64,000 bases of DNA from Hormiphora californensis (GCA_020137815.1 CM035354.1:2232001-2296000), one strand, 5' to 3'; positions 35,929-49,334 are shown, counted from the stretch's first letter. A program made the numbers and translations. Notes: generated by a model from the sequence alone, not told the origin.

Positions 35929-38587
35929 CTATTCTTTGCTCGTCAGCATCCTAATAAGATCTGAGGGATAGAACGATGTGAGAGATAATGTGATCCCTTT
36001 CATGGGATAGTAGGATGTGAGATTGTTTATACAATTGGAGTAGTAACACAAATAATGGGGGTTCCATTCCAGGGTGACATATATTATCTAATTCCTAGTA
36101 AAATGTAGGGAATGGTACCTTCATAGTTGACACATCCCTGACTATCCTCGTAGCCTGAAATTAGGTCATCAACCTCTTTATCTTCCATTGGCTCACCTGG
36201 AGGAGAGGGGTTAGGGAGAGTTAGAGGGGTAGGAGAGGGGAGGTGTTAGAGGGGAGGCTCACCTGGCGGAGAGGGGAGGGGTTAGGGAGAGTTAGAGGGG
36301 TAGGAGAGGGGAGGGGTTAGGGAGAGTTAGAGGGGTAGGAGAGGGGAGGGGTAGGAGAGGGGAGGCTCACCTGGAGGAGAGGGGAGGGGTTAGGGAGTGT
36401 TAGAGGGGTAGGAGAGGGGAGGGGTAGGAGAGGGGAGGGGTTAGGGAGAGTTAGCGGGGTAGGAGAGGGGAGGGGTAGGAGAGGGGAGGCTCACCTGGAG
36501 GAGAGGGGAGGGGTTAGGGAGTGTTAGAGGGGTAGGAGAGGGGAGGGGTAGGAGAGGGGAGGGGTTAGGGAGTGTTAGAGGGGTAGGAGAGGGGAGGGGT
36601 TAGGGAGAGTTAGAGGGGTAGGAGAGGGGAGGGGTAGGAGAGGGGAGGCTCACCTGGAGGAGAGGGGAGGGGTTAGGGAGTGTTAGAGGGGTAGGAGAGG
36701 GGAGGGGTAGGAGAGGGGAGGGGTTAGGGAGTGTTAGAGGGGTAGGAGAGGGGAGGGGTAGGAGAGGGGAGGCTCACCTGGAGGAGAGGGGAGGGGTTAG
36801 GGAGTGTTAGAGGGGTAGGAGAGGGGAGGGGTAGGAGAGGGGAGGGGTTAGGGAGTGTTAGAGGGGTAGGAGAGGGGAGGGGTTAGGGAGAGTTAGAGGG
36901 GTAGGAGAGGGGAGGGGTTAGGGAGAGTTAGAGGGGTAGGAGAGGGGAGGGGTAGGAGAGGGGAGGCTCACCTGGAGGAGAGGGGAGGGGTTAGGGAGTG
37001 TTAGAGGGGTAGGAGAGTTAGAGGGGTAGGAGAGGGGAGGGGTTAGGGAGTGTTAGAGGGGTAGGAGAGGGGAGGGGTTAGGGAGAGTTAGAGGGGTAGG
37101 AGAGGGGAGGGGTAGGAGAGGGGAGGCTCACCTGGAGGAGAGGGGAGGGGTTAGGGAGAGTTAGAGGGGTAGGAGAGGGGAGGGGTTAGGGAGAGTTAGA
37201 GGGGTAGGAGAGGGGAGGGGTTAGGGAGAGTTAGAGGGGTAGGAGAGGGGAGGGGTTAGGGAGAGTTAGAGGGGTAGGAGAGGGGAGGGGTGAGAGGGGA
37301 GGGGTTAGGGAGAGTTAGAGGGGTAGGAGAGGGGAGGGGTGAGAGGGGAGGGGTTAGGGAGAGTTAGAGGGGTTAGGGAGAGTTAGAGGGGTAGGAGAGG
37401 GGAGGGGTTAGAGGGGAGGGGTTAGGAGAGGGGGATTTAGGAGAGGATTTAAAGGGGGATTTGTATAGGGGGATTTAGGGGTTAGAGGGGGGTTTAGAGG
37501 AGCGTTAGAGGGGGTAGGGGTGTGGCCTGAAATATAAGGGGAGGCAGGAGGTTGTACAGTGTACTGGGTTTTAGAAAGTGAAAGAGGTTAACAGGTGCGG
37601 GACTGCGTGTAATGTTGAAAAAGGGGAGACACGAGAGTAGAAAGAAGGGAAGTTCCTTCTAGATTCCATTTCTACCATCCCCTTCATTTCTTTCCTCTCA
37701 TATATTTCAGAAGAATTGTGTGTGATTTTGCAGTACTAATATTCCATCAAGAACAGGAGCTTTCGGCTGATCTATGTCAGTCGTCTTCAGCATATTGTGT
37801 GTGCTTATGATATTCACATGGCGTGCTATAAGGAATGTTATTGCATAAATCACACGTAATGACGTATCATGGACCACTCGCTATATGATTCATGATGAGT
37901 TGAAGAAAGAAGGAGAGAAGAAGGGGAACAGAAGGAGAGAAGAAGGGAAGATCGAGTGAGAGAAGAAGGGAAGATCGAGTGAGAGAAGAAGGGAAGATCG
38001 AGTGAGAGAAGAAGGGAAGATCGAGTGAGAGAAGAATGGTATCTCTAGCAGGATGTGTACTTTTACAGTACATGCACCTTTTTAAATTCACCCTGTAATT
38101 TTGCAGCAGGGAAATGCAAGCAGGGCATGGAAATTTTCTCTCTCTCTCTTTCTACCCCTATCACATAATACACATGTTCTCTCACCAAATTTCACAATTA
38201 AGTTCCCCGAATGCAAAATAACACACGGTGTGTAAAACCATTGTGTAAAACCATTGTCAAATTGAATTTGAGTTTATTTATTGATCGAAGGTCGTCTTCT
38301 CGCTACTGTGAGCAATGAATATATGCATAGGTATTAGACAAAGACGCTGAAGAGGAAGACCTTGTGATAGAGTTAGGAGAAAGAGGCCGGGAGTGTATAG
38401 TTATTGGGTTACGGTATAACAATATCCCACAATCATCTGGTCTCTCTTTCCCCTCTGTTGCTCTCTCTCTATCCCTTCCCGCTTTCATCATTCCTTCTCT
38501 CACTCCCAACACACATCCACATGTGTGTGTGTGTGTGTGATTTGATATGGTGTAACTCTAGTATAGTGTATCCAATCCACCAGCCAT

Positions 38588-38661
<74 letters not shown>

Positions 38662-41600
38662 TTTCTACATAGGTCCATCATTCTCTCTGCGTCCTCCCCT
38701 TTCTTTGTTAGACTCTAGAGGAAAGTCTTTCAAACGGGGAAAACGTCTGTCGGAGTAACATAATTATTCAAAATATTCTGAATATCAGTGTCTCTTTATT
38801 TTTCTCTCCCTCGCTATCACTATCCTCTCTTTCCTGGTCTGTCGGAGAGTAAATATATTCGTGCGTGTAAGAATTTGACGTGTTATCATCCTCCAAGAAA
38901 TCTTACAATAGTGGGATCATCTTCACAGATAGAAGAAGCAGAATAAATGAGGACTGGAGTGCATATACCATCAGTTAGATAAACAGGACTTATAACCGTA
39001 CGAGGTTGATAGTATCATAAGTTATACACCTCGTACGGTTATAATAGCAGCAAGTAGCCATCAAATCTCCAGCCACTCTCTCAGAGAAAGGAGCGAACTA
39101 AGAAAGGGTTCGTATGATTCGTTGATTCAATGCGTTGAACAGCAGTAACAGCTCTGTTAACACGAATAATGAATATAGTTATTCTTAGAATTGTACTACT
39201 GCAGTCGGACCCCAATTTAACGGCCCCCGATTTAACGGCAGGATAATCTTCCCCCGATATAATAGGAATCGTTTGAGACTTTTCATGGGCGTCTATCCCC
39301 ATTCCCCACTAATGCGAGGACGCTACACACTTTAGTGCCCTTATTTTCTTCTCTACTCCTATTCTAAGAGAATTTATATTTTTGACCACATGACTGAAAA
39401 GGCGTGGTCCAAAAACCCAACTTCGCCATCGCCAATTTTTTCCTATTTTTTGGTGATTCTAGGGACTCATAGTAGGGACCAATTTGTGAAGGAATTAGCT
39501 TGTTACAAGTTTTTCCCTAGTTTCGGCCCTTGTTTAGCTAACTTATTATATTGCGTGACTACTCTAAGCATTTCGTTTGCTATAACATACTTCATTAGTA
39601 TAATTTAACATAATTTATTAATATTATTCAAGAGAGTGAGTGAGAAAGAGAGAGAGCTGCCGTTAAATCGGGGTGCCGTTAAATCGGGGTCCTGTATAAT
39701 ATATTATATATATTATTTTTATGTGATATCATGTGATCATAACATGTGATCATGTTCCTACTATGGTATAATAACAATTATAATAGGTGATATAAAAACC
39801 CTAAAAACAATCATTATAAGCATATTTCTAGTTTTAGGTTGCCTAGCTAGATACTGTGTTTCACGCACCCCGCCCAAATGTAAAGGAGGGTTAGAACATA
39901 ACAAGTTTTACGTGACCAGCCTCAACCAGCTCCAGAAATGTCTCCCATTCTTCTAGTACTGGCCTGCCTAGGAGGAGGAGGAGCACCCAACTCCATATAC
40001 CAGATCAGAGCACTAAACTCTGGCCCTATTGGTGGAAATAACGTAGACTTCGAGAGAGTTGTCTGTCTGGAGGGCATCGTTATCCAGCTTAACTACATCA
40101 GCTCTGGCAACACTAGTTGGAAGTTTACCAATTTTACTGCAGCCACACCATTCGCAGGCAACTCCTTGGAATGCCGAGGGGTTTTTGATCTGATACACTT
40201 CGCGGGGAGAAAGTTTTCACCCGAGTTTCCAGACCCCACTGACGACATGCTGCAGAAACTCTACCACTTCCTCCAGGCTCCCATAGATATCTCCTGTGTA
40301 ATTGGTGGCCTAACCCGTGACGAAGCGATGGTGAAATGTAGCGGAGTGAGTGCCTGCCTTACTGATGAATGCGAGTGTGAAGAAGACGTGTTTTACTGTC
40401 CAGGAAAATTGGGCGGTTGTATACCGTTCTATCAAGTGTGTGACGGTATAGCCAACTGTGAGGGAGGCACAGACGAGTGTATGTGTAGCGGGGCCGTGAC
40501 AGTTCGGTGTCTTCCCGATAAGTCTTACACTGCATGCATTTCCAAATCAGATATATGTTCTGCAGGCCTGCAAAGAACCGTCTCCCTTCTCTCTTGCGAG
40601 GGTTACTCTGATGACCATTGCAAGGAACTCAACACAATGTCACAGACTCTCAAGAAATCTTTTGCCCAGCAGCAACAGAAGATCATCCGGGTGTACAATA
40701 ATATGCAGGTATCTGGTTCGAGAGATCACCGAGAGGCGCAAGCTTGTGAGCAGGTGCTACGCTCAAACCTCTTCCAGTCAATAGGTGACAACACAACCAA
40801 AACTTGGCTGACAGAATTATGTCAAAGAGTTAAGATAAGCGTTGGAGGTCTCGCAATGCAGCTCTCATTTTCCTGCTTTCTCGGTACTGAGAGTTTCAGG
40901 TACGTGTATTACGTTCTGTGGGAGATGGGCAAGGTTTGCGATGGCATCATTGACTGTCCAAATGGACACGACGAATTATTCTGCCCCGATAGATTTTATT
41001 GCAGCGATCCCGAGGATACTCTGGTGACGTGGGTTGACGAGGCTAGGGTCTGTGACGGTGCAAGGGACTGTGCAAATGGCTTGGATGAGTGCGCTGGGTG
41101 TCCAACTGGTAAACTGAGTTCTAATAAGTTCCTCATTCGATCCAAAGTTTTAGGTGTCCTTGGCCTAGTAGGAGGGTTGGCTATCGTCACCCTAAATATC
41201 AAAATAGGGCACCAAACATTCAAAACGAGACCGGATAATAAACCTGGAAAAATTGACAGAATTCTAAGGATACAGGTTGCTTTCTACGACTTCCTGATGG
41301 GACTGTATCTTGTCATTTTGATGCTTGTTGCTACAGGTCTCCGCTTCATCGGCGAGTATTGTCAGCAGGATGAAAATTGGAGATCTAGCATGAGCTGTTC
41401 AACTCTTGGTTGCCTCTTCTCCTTCTCCTCTCACGGATCCTTCCTCCTCATTACCACGATGAGCTTGATCCGGTGCCTGACCTGCTTGGATTTAGTTAAG
41501 GACATCTCCATTAGGTCCATTTGGGTCACCTCAGTGGGGGTCGGAGTTCTAAACCTTGCCCATGCCTTCCTCCCAGTGCTACCCTTGACCATGATCCAGG

Positions 41601-43770
41601 AAGTGTTTCGGACGGACATCGTTTTTATTTCTGGACGGGAGAATCCATTCCTTACTAGGTAAGTAGTTTCTTCGTAGAATTCCGCTACGGCGGAAGAGTG
41701 TTCGATCGCGACAGGCGTCGGAGAGCTAGTTTCACAAAGGAAAACTACCGTTTAGTATAGCAGTATACGGTAGTTTTTCCTTTGTGTAAGTAGTTTCTTC
41801 CCTATTTACTCCTGATCAAATTTCATAAAATCTTGTTTTTTACTAGGTGCGATGAGGAACATTTGAGGTTTATGCACTCTCTTGCTTATAATAACACAGT
41901 CACAGAGCCGGGTAATGAGAATACCAGCCACTTTTTAGCTGAAACTGGTGAGGGTTTGCTTGGGATAGATACCGTTCTAGCAGACCTTCGGAATATAACA
42001 TCGAAGCCCTCCATCTTTGACTACCTGAGCATTGGTTACTATGGAAACAGCCCTCTTTGTGTTGCTAACATCTTCAAAAACCAGTCCAGCTACGTCTACT
42101 ACAAGATAGGATACTGTGTGGTTGTTGGTGTGCTCCTTTCCATTCTCATTATCTCCTATATTTCCATCCTGGTGGCTAGCTTCCATTCTGCATCCAGAAG
42201 TGGGTTAGATAACAGCGATCACGTCAGTAAACTCGCCCTGAAGCTGGTTCTACTAATAGGAAGTCAGGCGGTAGCTTGGTTGTCCTACATCATAACCGTT
42301 CTCTACTACAGCTGGTTTAACCCCGCAGCCGCACCGGGTATTGTATACGAGGTGTTTAGTTTAGCGGTGCTGCCTAGCAACAGCCTTCTAAACCCCATCT
42401 TCTACAGCACCATATACCGGAGTATCTGCGAGTGGACGTGGACAAGATGGAGGAAGTTATTCCAGGACATTAACCATCGCTAGTCGTGAACTCTTAGTTG
42501 AACAAGTTTGATATACCGAAGAGATTGACCGAAATGAACACAAATTGTGTTATAGATATTGTATTATTGTGTTATACAATAATATCTAGAGCTGGACGTG
42601 TCAGAAGTGCATACATCATACTTTGGACTTAAATTAAATTTGGCCTTCACGTTTAAATACTGCTGTATATTTTGTTTCGTTATAACTTCAGCTAATTTTA
42701 CTTGTGATAAAGCGAGTTTTATTTCTCAACTAAATAACAACCTACCTAGAGTAGTAAGGACATGGCGAAGTTCAGCGGATGAGATCGTTCCATTTCCCTC
42801 CTTGTCAAAAACTCGAAGTCCCTCGATGTAATCCTTGGCTGAGTAGTTGGGAGCGTTCCTCTGAGAGGGGAGTGTGAGAGAGATGGGGAGAGAGGGAGAG
42901 GAAGGGGATGGGAGCGGAGATAGACGGAGAGAGAGGGAGAGGAAGGGGATGGGAGCGGAGAGAGAGGGAGAGAGAGGGAGGAAGGGGATGGGAGGGGGAG
43001 ATAGACAGTGAGAAAGAGAGGAGTGAGAAAGAGAGGAGTGAGAAAGAGAGGGAGGTGTGCTCAAACAAAGGAATCACAATATTTTGAAGCAGTAAAACTT
43101 TGGACAAACAGGCTAGGACCGAGTTTAAGAAAGTGTTTCATGCTGTTACCATCTCTTGAGGGGCTGTCTGTCTGACCTGAACTGAGAGGTAGATAGGCAG
43201 GAAAGTTTCAAAGGGAATCCTCTTCTGACCAGACGCCTCACAATCCGCTCGAGCTTTCTTTACCTCAGCCTATTGTGAATAGTCAGTAGTTAGTCAAAAT
43301 AGTAAATAAAACAAGATATACATACGTCAAATGAGTGTGTTGCTAAGTAACAGTGCTCCTTCATAAAACGTCAAATCAGTGTGTTAAATGTCAACATTTT
43401 TACTAAAACCAGGGACCGACCGAATCAGGAAATACTGGTCCCTGATTGGCTGATAACCAGTCACGTGACCTAAATAACGAATTCTGATTGGTTGTTTACT
43501 TGTGTCGGTCGGTTCCTGACCAAAACCTTACCTCAGTCGGGTTAAGACCCAGAGCCCTTAGCACATCGCCCAGCTGGACACTATCAATGCAGTTATCTCC
43601 CCTTTTATCGAACAGGCTAAAGGCATCTTTGTACTCTGAGCAGGGATATAACCGAGTATGAAACACTGTGATTAGTTAAGTTCCATGTAGCAATTATTGT
43701 GATTAGATAGCGGAATAATTATGGTAAGGATAAACCTACCAGCCATCAGGTCTTCAGAGATGTCGGTCAT
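35929..43770 (-). CDS. Myosin essential (alkali) light chain, 150 aa; exons 43770-43740, 43635-43532, 43269-43177, 42860-42746, 36196-36119, 35960-35929
   Basis: [50 protein letters not shown]...[11 protein letters not shown]...[65 protein letters not shown]. Classic ELC/MYL6-type motifs; all intron phases fit. Confidence 0.95.
36190..37450 (+). repeat. G-rich compound minisatellite (GGGGTTAGGGAGAGTTAGAGGGGTAGGAGAGGGGA) with 8 embedded GGCTCACCTGG junction copies
   Basis: Seen directly; abuts the acceptor of MLC exon 5; dense G4-type runs. Confidence 0.95.
37921..38036 (+). repeat. ~22-bp tandem repeat GAAGGGAAGATCGAGTGAGAGAA about x4
   Basis: Seen directly. Confidence 0.85.
39202..39694. 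mobile_element. CAGTCGGACCCCGATTTA-family MITE
   Basis: CAGTCGGACCCCAATTTAACGGCCCCCGATTTAACGGCAG...CTGCCGTTAAATCGGGGTGCCGTTAAATCGGGGTCCTG|TA. Confidence 0.8.
39938..42483 (+). CDS. LDLa-repeat class A GPCR (GRL101/RXFP-related 7TM, no LRRs), ~785 aa; exons 39938-41658, 41847-42483; nested antisense in MLC intron 4
   Basis: Signal-like N-terminus; LDLa motifs [44 protein letters not shown]; TM2 [10 protein letters not shown]; [11 protein letters not shown]; TM7 [13 protein letters not shown]; phase-2 GT-AG intron. Confidence 0.9.
43410..43518 (-). mobile_element. hAT-type MITE copy in MLC intron 2
   Basis: TSD AC(T/C)AAAAC; 13 bp from the donor. Confidence 0.9.
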
Positions 43771-44490
43771 TGTTGGGTTGCTAACTAGTAAAGGGTTGGT
43801 ATGTCAGTACACAGTTAATTGAAAGTGTTTCAGAAATGCACTCTAAATCATGCATTTACTATCCAGATCCACTCAATAGTGAATAGATTCACAGAAAAAA
43901 GGTGCCATGCTACGCAGTCTGTCGTTTGCTGGATGAGTCGACAGACTGAGAACACGTCAAGAAAAAAAGGTGCCAAATACACTCTGATAGATCACTTTAT
44001 CAAGTCTATCTGAAGGGCATTACAGTCTCTACTCCTTACTCCTTAGGCCTTAGATTACAAGATTCGACACATTTGTGGAGGCCTCGCCTTTGACCCCACT
44101 GAAGTCTGAAAACCACTAATTTTACCAATGTTTTTACAAGGCACATAAACCGTTAATGCTATCATTGGCAAACGTTGCAGCGCGGGATAAGGTAGTGCTT
44201 TTCAAATGCTATCGCCTATCACCTTTAGGGTCCAGAGAGCTGATAGAAAAAAAATCAGATCAAATTCGACAAGATCAAATTTAACGATTCAGTTGAAAAG
44301 CTGAATTTCAAAGAACTGAGTTGAAATAAATCAATATGACGCCGCGCAGAGTACCACGTGACCTCCACAGGCCAATCAAATTCCAGAATTTCAATACATC
44401 AGCCAATCAAATTTTGAGTTCAGCCATCTCTCAAACTTAACGCGCAGAAAGCAATAATAAATTATAATAAATTACCCACACACCGTCATA

Positions 44491-44711
44491 GGGATCCCTA
44501 ATAAAGTTGTTACTTGTCACTGTAGTCTTGCGGAGGCGCGGTTGTGACTTGTCACCGCGTGTGCGCGTACCAAAACGCACGTGGTTCCCACTGCGCGTAG
44601 CTGCGGCGCAGCGTAAACCATGCGGTGACAAGTTACAATCGCGCATTTTGAAGCCGCGCCGCCACGGGAACCACATGTTTGGTGACAAGTCACAACTTTA
44701 TTAGGGATCCC
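44491..44711. mobile_element. MITE with TA flanks
   Basis: TA|GGGATCCCTAATAAAGTTGTTACTTGTCAC...GTGACAAGTCACAACTTTATTAGGGATCCC|TA. Confidence 0.8.
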
Positions 44712-44737
44712 TATACTCTCATACTCCCTCTCTCTGC

Positions 44738-45235
44738 TCACTTGTCTCGAAAGTCTACATCTTCCACACTGACTGGGACAACCCTTCTCTTGGTTCCCCG
44801 AAGCGCAACAAGAGTGATCTTAACAAACTGATCGTGTCTTTTCTCGGATGAAGGACATGGTTTCAGCGTAACTCTCCTTGTGCTTGTCGCAAATCCTCCT
44901 GGCCGCTTTTTCCAACACCTTCCCACCTCTACCGCAAAACCTCCCGATGTGGAGAATACAAGGGGCGTGAAGGAAACCCTGCTCCACTTCTTGTACCCTT
45001 CGCATATAGGCCAGCTTCTTTTGGTTTTGGTGCTGTTTATACAGGTTCGAGATGGGCACCTTCAGGTAGGATGGGGCGTTTGGATGGAAAACCCGTACAT
45101 CCATGAAACTGGCCTGCATGTCAGACCACAGGCCACGACAGACTATGTCCATTCTTGCTTCGGCTTTGATATTTGCACTGATTGGCAAGTTGAATCCATC
45201 ACAGGGCAACATTGGCTGTTCAGTGTTAACGGGTT
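44738..45235 (-). mobile_element. 5'-truncated, frameshifted CRE-clade non-LTR retrotransposon relic (restriction-like endonuclease domain)
   Basis: EARMDIVCRGLWSDMQASFMDVRVFHPNAPSY...YKQHQNQKKLAYMRRVQEVEQG matches the RxD..GFW...FFDVRVFNPNAPS...HExxKKxxY RLE pattern; the frame breaks after EQG. Confidence 0.8.
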
Positions 45236-45419
45236 TAAGTCCCGCGTACCATCAACACAAATCGCGCGCGACGCCGCGCGCTGAAAGTCAACAACACAGC
45301 GAAATTTCAAGAAAGAATTTCCGCAAAATGCTGAAGCGCCAAAACTCTTACTTACTTAGCTTACGCCTCGCTCCTTTGCTTGACAGGAGCTCTCTCTAGC
45401 TCGCCCACCAAGATTAGTC

Positions 45420-45490
45420 CCTCTCACGTGACCTTGTTTACTTTCCCTACGCGTGTCGCGTGACGAATCTTCCATATATAAAGGCCACCA
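45420..45490 (+). promoter_or_regulatory. Putative core promoter of VGLL4 (E-box + TATA)
   Basis: TCACGTGAC at ~45425 and TATATAAAGG at ~45475, ~180 bp upstream of the ATG. Motif evidence only. Confidence 0.4.
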
Positions 45491-45661
45491 GTGTGTGTCA
45501 GAAATAGCTGCTTCAGTGATCCATCACCCCGATCTTGCAATGTTTTCTTAGCCACCATTACCCCCTGTGATATATACTTATCCAAACCGTTTATATGTGT
45601 TACCTGCTGTATCTGTTTGCATGTTATATTGATTTCTTACTTTCTCTAGAATACCAGAATT

Positions 45662-46995
45662 ATGAGCAACTTCAGTTCACTCGAGATTTTATCTCACGCT
45701 GCCTCAATCGTCCAGATGACAGAAGATAGGAAGTCGACAGGTTAGTTGCAGAGGGAGATTTATTTTTATCCCCCGCTTCTCAAGATAATATGTAATATTA
45801 TCCCAGAAACCAAGCAAGTTTTCTACGTGTTATCATAATTTCCCTGTTCCTTAGGTTACGCAAGCAGATGTAGTAGCTGTGGGAGCCCTACTAAATCATG
45901 TTCATGTCAGAGATTCCGAGGTAGGAAGAATTATAAAATATCCAACCTCCTTCTTTTCCGGTTCTGTGTTTGTTCTGTAATATGGTGAGCTCACTCTCTG
46001 CATTATATCACTAACTCTTCCTTCCACCCAGGTTTATCTAACAGTTTCTGCTCCATTGGTTCACACAACTCAGCCTTCTCCCGAAACATTATCAAGCCCA
46101 ACCCGATCAAATACAATGTGTAAGTTCCATATTTTGTTGTTATATCATATGTGTGGGGGAGGACACAGGGCATTAGTAAATCAGGTCCAGATCGAAGGAT
46201 CAGAAACATATATAGCAAGCTAGAGAGGAGAGAGAGAGAGAGAAGGGTATTATATATACGAATGTGTTTATATAATACATATGCAACTCCTCAATAATAT
46301 GTTACATAACACACTCTCTCTCTCTATACAGAGCTAACAGGGGCCCCTACACGCCAACACCTCGACAAGACGTGGACAACCACTTCAAAAAGTCACTCGG
46401 TGAGTTTTATCGGTAACATATTTTCCCTCATCTATCTCTTTTTCATCTCATCATCATGTTATATTTCTCTCTCTTCATATGACTATCGCACATAGCTCAT
46501 GCGAGACCAGGGCACGGACTAATCTCAGTTACTCCGGGCCATCAATTAATCCGAGGGGTCCTCTCATGTAGAGGGATAGTACGGGTATGGGAGAGGGAGA
46601 GAGAGACAAACTGAGAGATAGAGAGAGATTAGAGATAGAGAGAAACTGAGAGATAGAAAGAGATGGAGAGAGAAGGTTAGGTAGCATATAATAAGGACAC
46701 TCAATCGTATTGAAAATGAGTCACATATGCTGCTGAGCTCCCGACATGGCCTGTATTATATAGACACATCAACACGCTCCTACACACTTTGTATGTAGTA
46801 TGAGGGGTGAGAGAGAGAGAGAGAGGGAGAGAGAGAGAGAGAGAGAGAGAAAGGTGAGAGAGGAATATATTGGCATGTGTATGGGTGCATCCCATAATGC
46901 TCTCAGCCACAACTCTCTCCACAGATCACACTCACACGCCCAACTCCTGTCTATGATGACTGGTATCTCTCTCAATCCCTCTTTCTATCTATCTT

Positions 46996-47092
<97 letters not shown>

Positions 47093-47739
47093 TTCGCTTC
47101 CTTGGAGTTTCTGTCTCATCCGCCTTACATCACGTATATGACTGCATGAGTCGCGGATTATAATATTCAATCAGTTTGTAGACTTGAATAAAATATTACT
47201 GCTGGACCTAATATATAGAAGATTATATAAGGGGTCACTAGGAGAGCTTGGAAAAGCCATATACGTGAGATTTGTATTACGAGTTCATTGAGAAAGGAAC
47301 AGGAAAGGATGATTCTAAATAACAACTATAACTCATTTATGTATCACCTGATTATCAATATGAGAGTAGATCCATAACTATCGATCAGAGAGAAAACAGA
47401 ATTAGCACCCTCCATGTGTTCTCTAGAATAGACTCAAGATTTCTAACCCTCTTCCTCCCTCCCCATGATCTATGATTTCTAACCCCCTCCCTTCCTCTAA
47501 TCAGTAACCCAAATTTCTAACCCCCTCCCTCCCTCCCCAAGATCTATGATTTCTAACCCCCACCCTCCCCAGGATCAATGATTTCTAACCCCCTCCCTTC
47601 CTCCCCAGGATCAATGAGCAAGCACAGCGGCAGCGGCCAGGGGTATACCATCCAGCAACACGGTAACGTCTCAGTAGATGACCACTTCACTCGATCCCTA
47701 GGAAAGGGATGGCAGGAACTTCTCCGAACCCGAAGCTAA
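45662..47739 (+). CDS. VGLL4: Vestigial-like 4 / Tgi-type TEAD cofactor, 143 aa, two Tondu motifs; exons 45662-45740, 45855-45920, 46032-46119, 46332-46399, 47609-47739
   Basis: N-terminal SLEILSHAASIV (cf. PLDVLSRAA); TDU1 DVDNHFKKSLG; TDU2 VSVDDHFTRSLGKGWQEL; intron phases 1,1,2,1 are consistent. Not visible in the ORF track. Confidence 0.85.
47437..47616 (+). repeat. ~36-bp degenerate tandem repeat of branch point + pyrimidine tract + acceptor of the VGLL4 last exon
   Basis: ATTTCTAACCCC..CCCTCCCC(AT/AA/AG)GATC(T/A)ATG about x5. Confidence 0.85.
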
Positions 47740-49334
47740 CTTAACATTCAGGGAATACTACAGATATATATATCTACAAATCCAGCACCCTCCTGATCAG
47801 TGTTTATCGGCCGCAAAGTTATTCGCTCCACACAAACAATTACCCCCCGCAATTACCCCCCTACTTGAAGATTATTATTGCTATAGCAGCTCACCGTGTG
47901 TCTGTGTTAGGCTTTGTGTTGTTTTGTCCTGGGCCCGAATAAGACTATCGTGATGGACCCTTTTTTCCGCTGATTATGTATGGAAACGGGGTGAGATTAA
48001 GACAGACTTGAAAAAGAGAGAGAGAGAGATGGAGAGAAATAGAGAGAGAGAGTCTGGAAAGTTCATTCACCAGTGAATATTGTTGTTATCTGGGTGTGTC
48101 ACAGGACCCCTCTCTCTACCCAAACCTACCTACATGCAGTATGCGTGGGAGTGGTTAGATGATGAAAATGTGAGATCTCATAGCCTAGATTTCGTCCGAG
48201 AGGTCTCTGGCAATGAGTGGGAGGAAGAGAGAGGGAAAAAATGTGATGTTTTGATCTATCTAGGTCATAGAACTTCAGGTAGAAAAATGTTCGTTATTTT
48301 ACACAGTGATTATCGTGAAGAGTGTAATTTTTAATTGGCTCCGAATTGTGATATAAATCTCATTTAAATTATTGGCGAGGTGTGATATGTGAGGTTTGAT
48401 ATTTATCGCACGGGCCCCCAGATTTATTGTAATTTTAGTACTGTATCAGTACAGTATTGTATTAGTACAGTATTAATGACAGTTATTGAGTCAGGAAAAT
48501 GGGTCTATAATTCTATATTCGGCTATATTTCAGGACAGATTTATTAGTCAATACGAGTATGTAGGGTCTTATGAATGTGGGAAGGCACATCATCTGGCTG
48601 ACTGTGATTAGTTTATGTCATATAAATGACTATTAATTAATATTTGTGCACCCATAGGATAGGGATATTAATATTGGAAAAGCTCATGTCCTTGAAATGT
48701 TGCGGGCCCTCGGTTTTTTTCAACTCAAAAGGGCAAATTTTTAAATTTTTTTTTTTGGGAGGAAGAAAAGAATTTTTCATTGTCTCCACCCGACGTCGCA
48801 CCACAGACGTATTGGGGCGTAAATATTTTGTTATCGTCCCACCAACAATTCAATGATTGTATTGCTACTATCAGTATTTTTCAACATGGACAATTGTTGT
48901 TGGTGGGGGTGGGGGTGCAGCTGTTGCGAAACTACTTCAAACAATATGTTTCCCAATAACTATAAGCTATTTATATGATATGATACTGTTAATATTTTAG
49001 CAGCAAGATATGCACGGTGATATATCTTTTACTGTGCACCATTTCTTAACAACTATATGAAATTGTTGACAAGTTTTTGCATATCTCTGCAAGTTAAAAC
49101 TATTTATTATGGAGAAAGATATCGATCTAAAAACGTTCAATACAATAATATCACCCCACCCTTACATTCATGGGCATGTTTTCTTTCTGCCACCGTGGCC
49201 CTGATCTGAGCGCAAAGGAGGGTCCACCGCCGGATATGTTTCTGACAACTAAACTGGAAAAAAGAGAAAGGATTGCCCAATTGAGCAATATATGAGGTAT
49301 AAACTCTTGCCAGTGGCACGTTATTTCAGATAGC

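Noticed and set aside
36200-37450. Interstitial telomere
   Set aside because: TTAGGG occurs only as a word within a longer unit, never as a tandem hexamer array.
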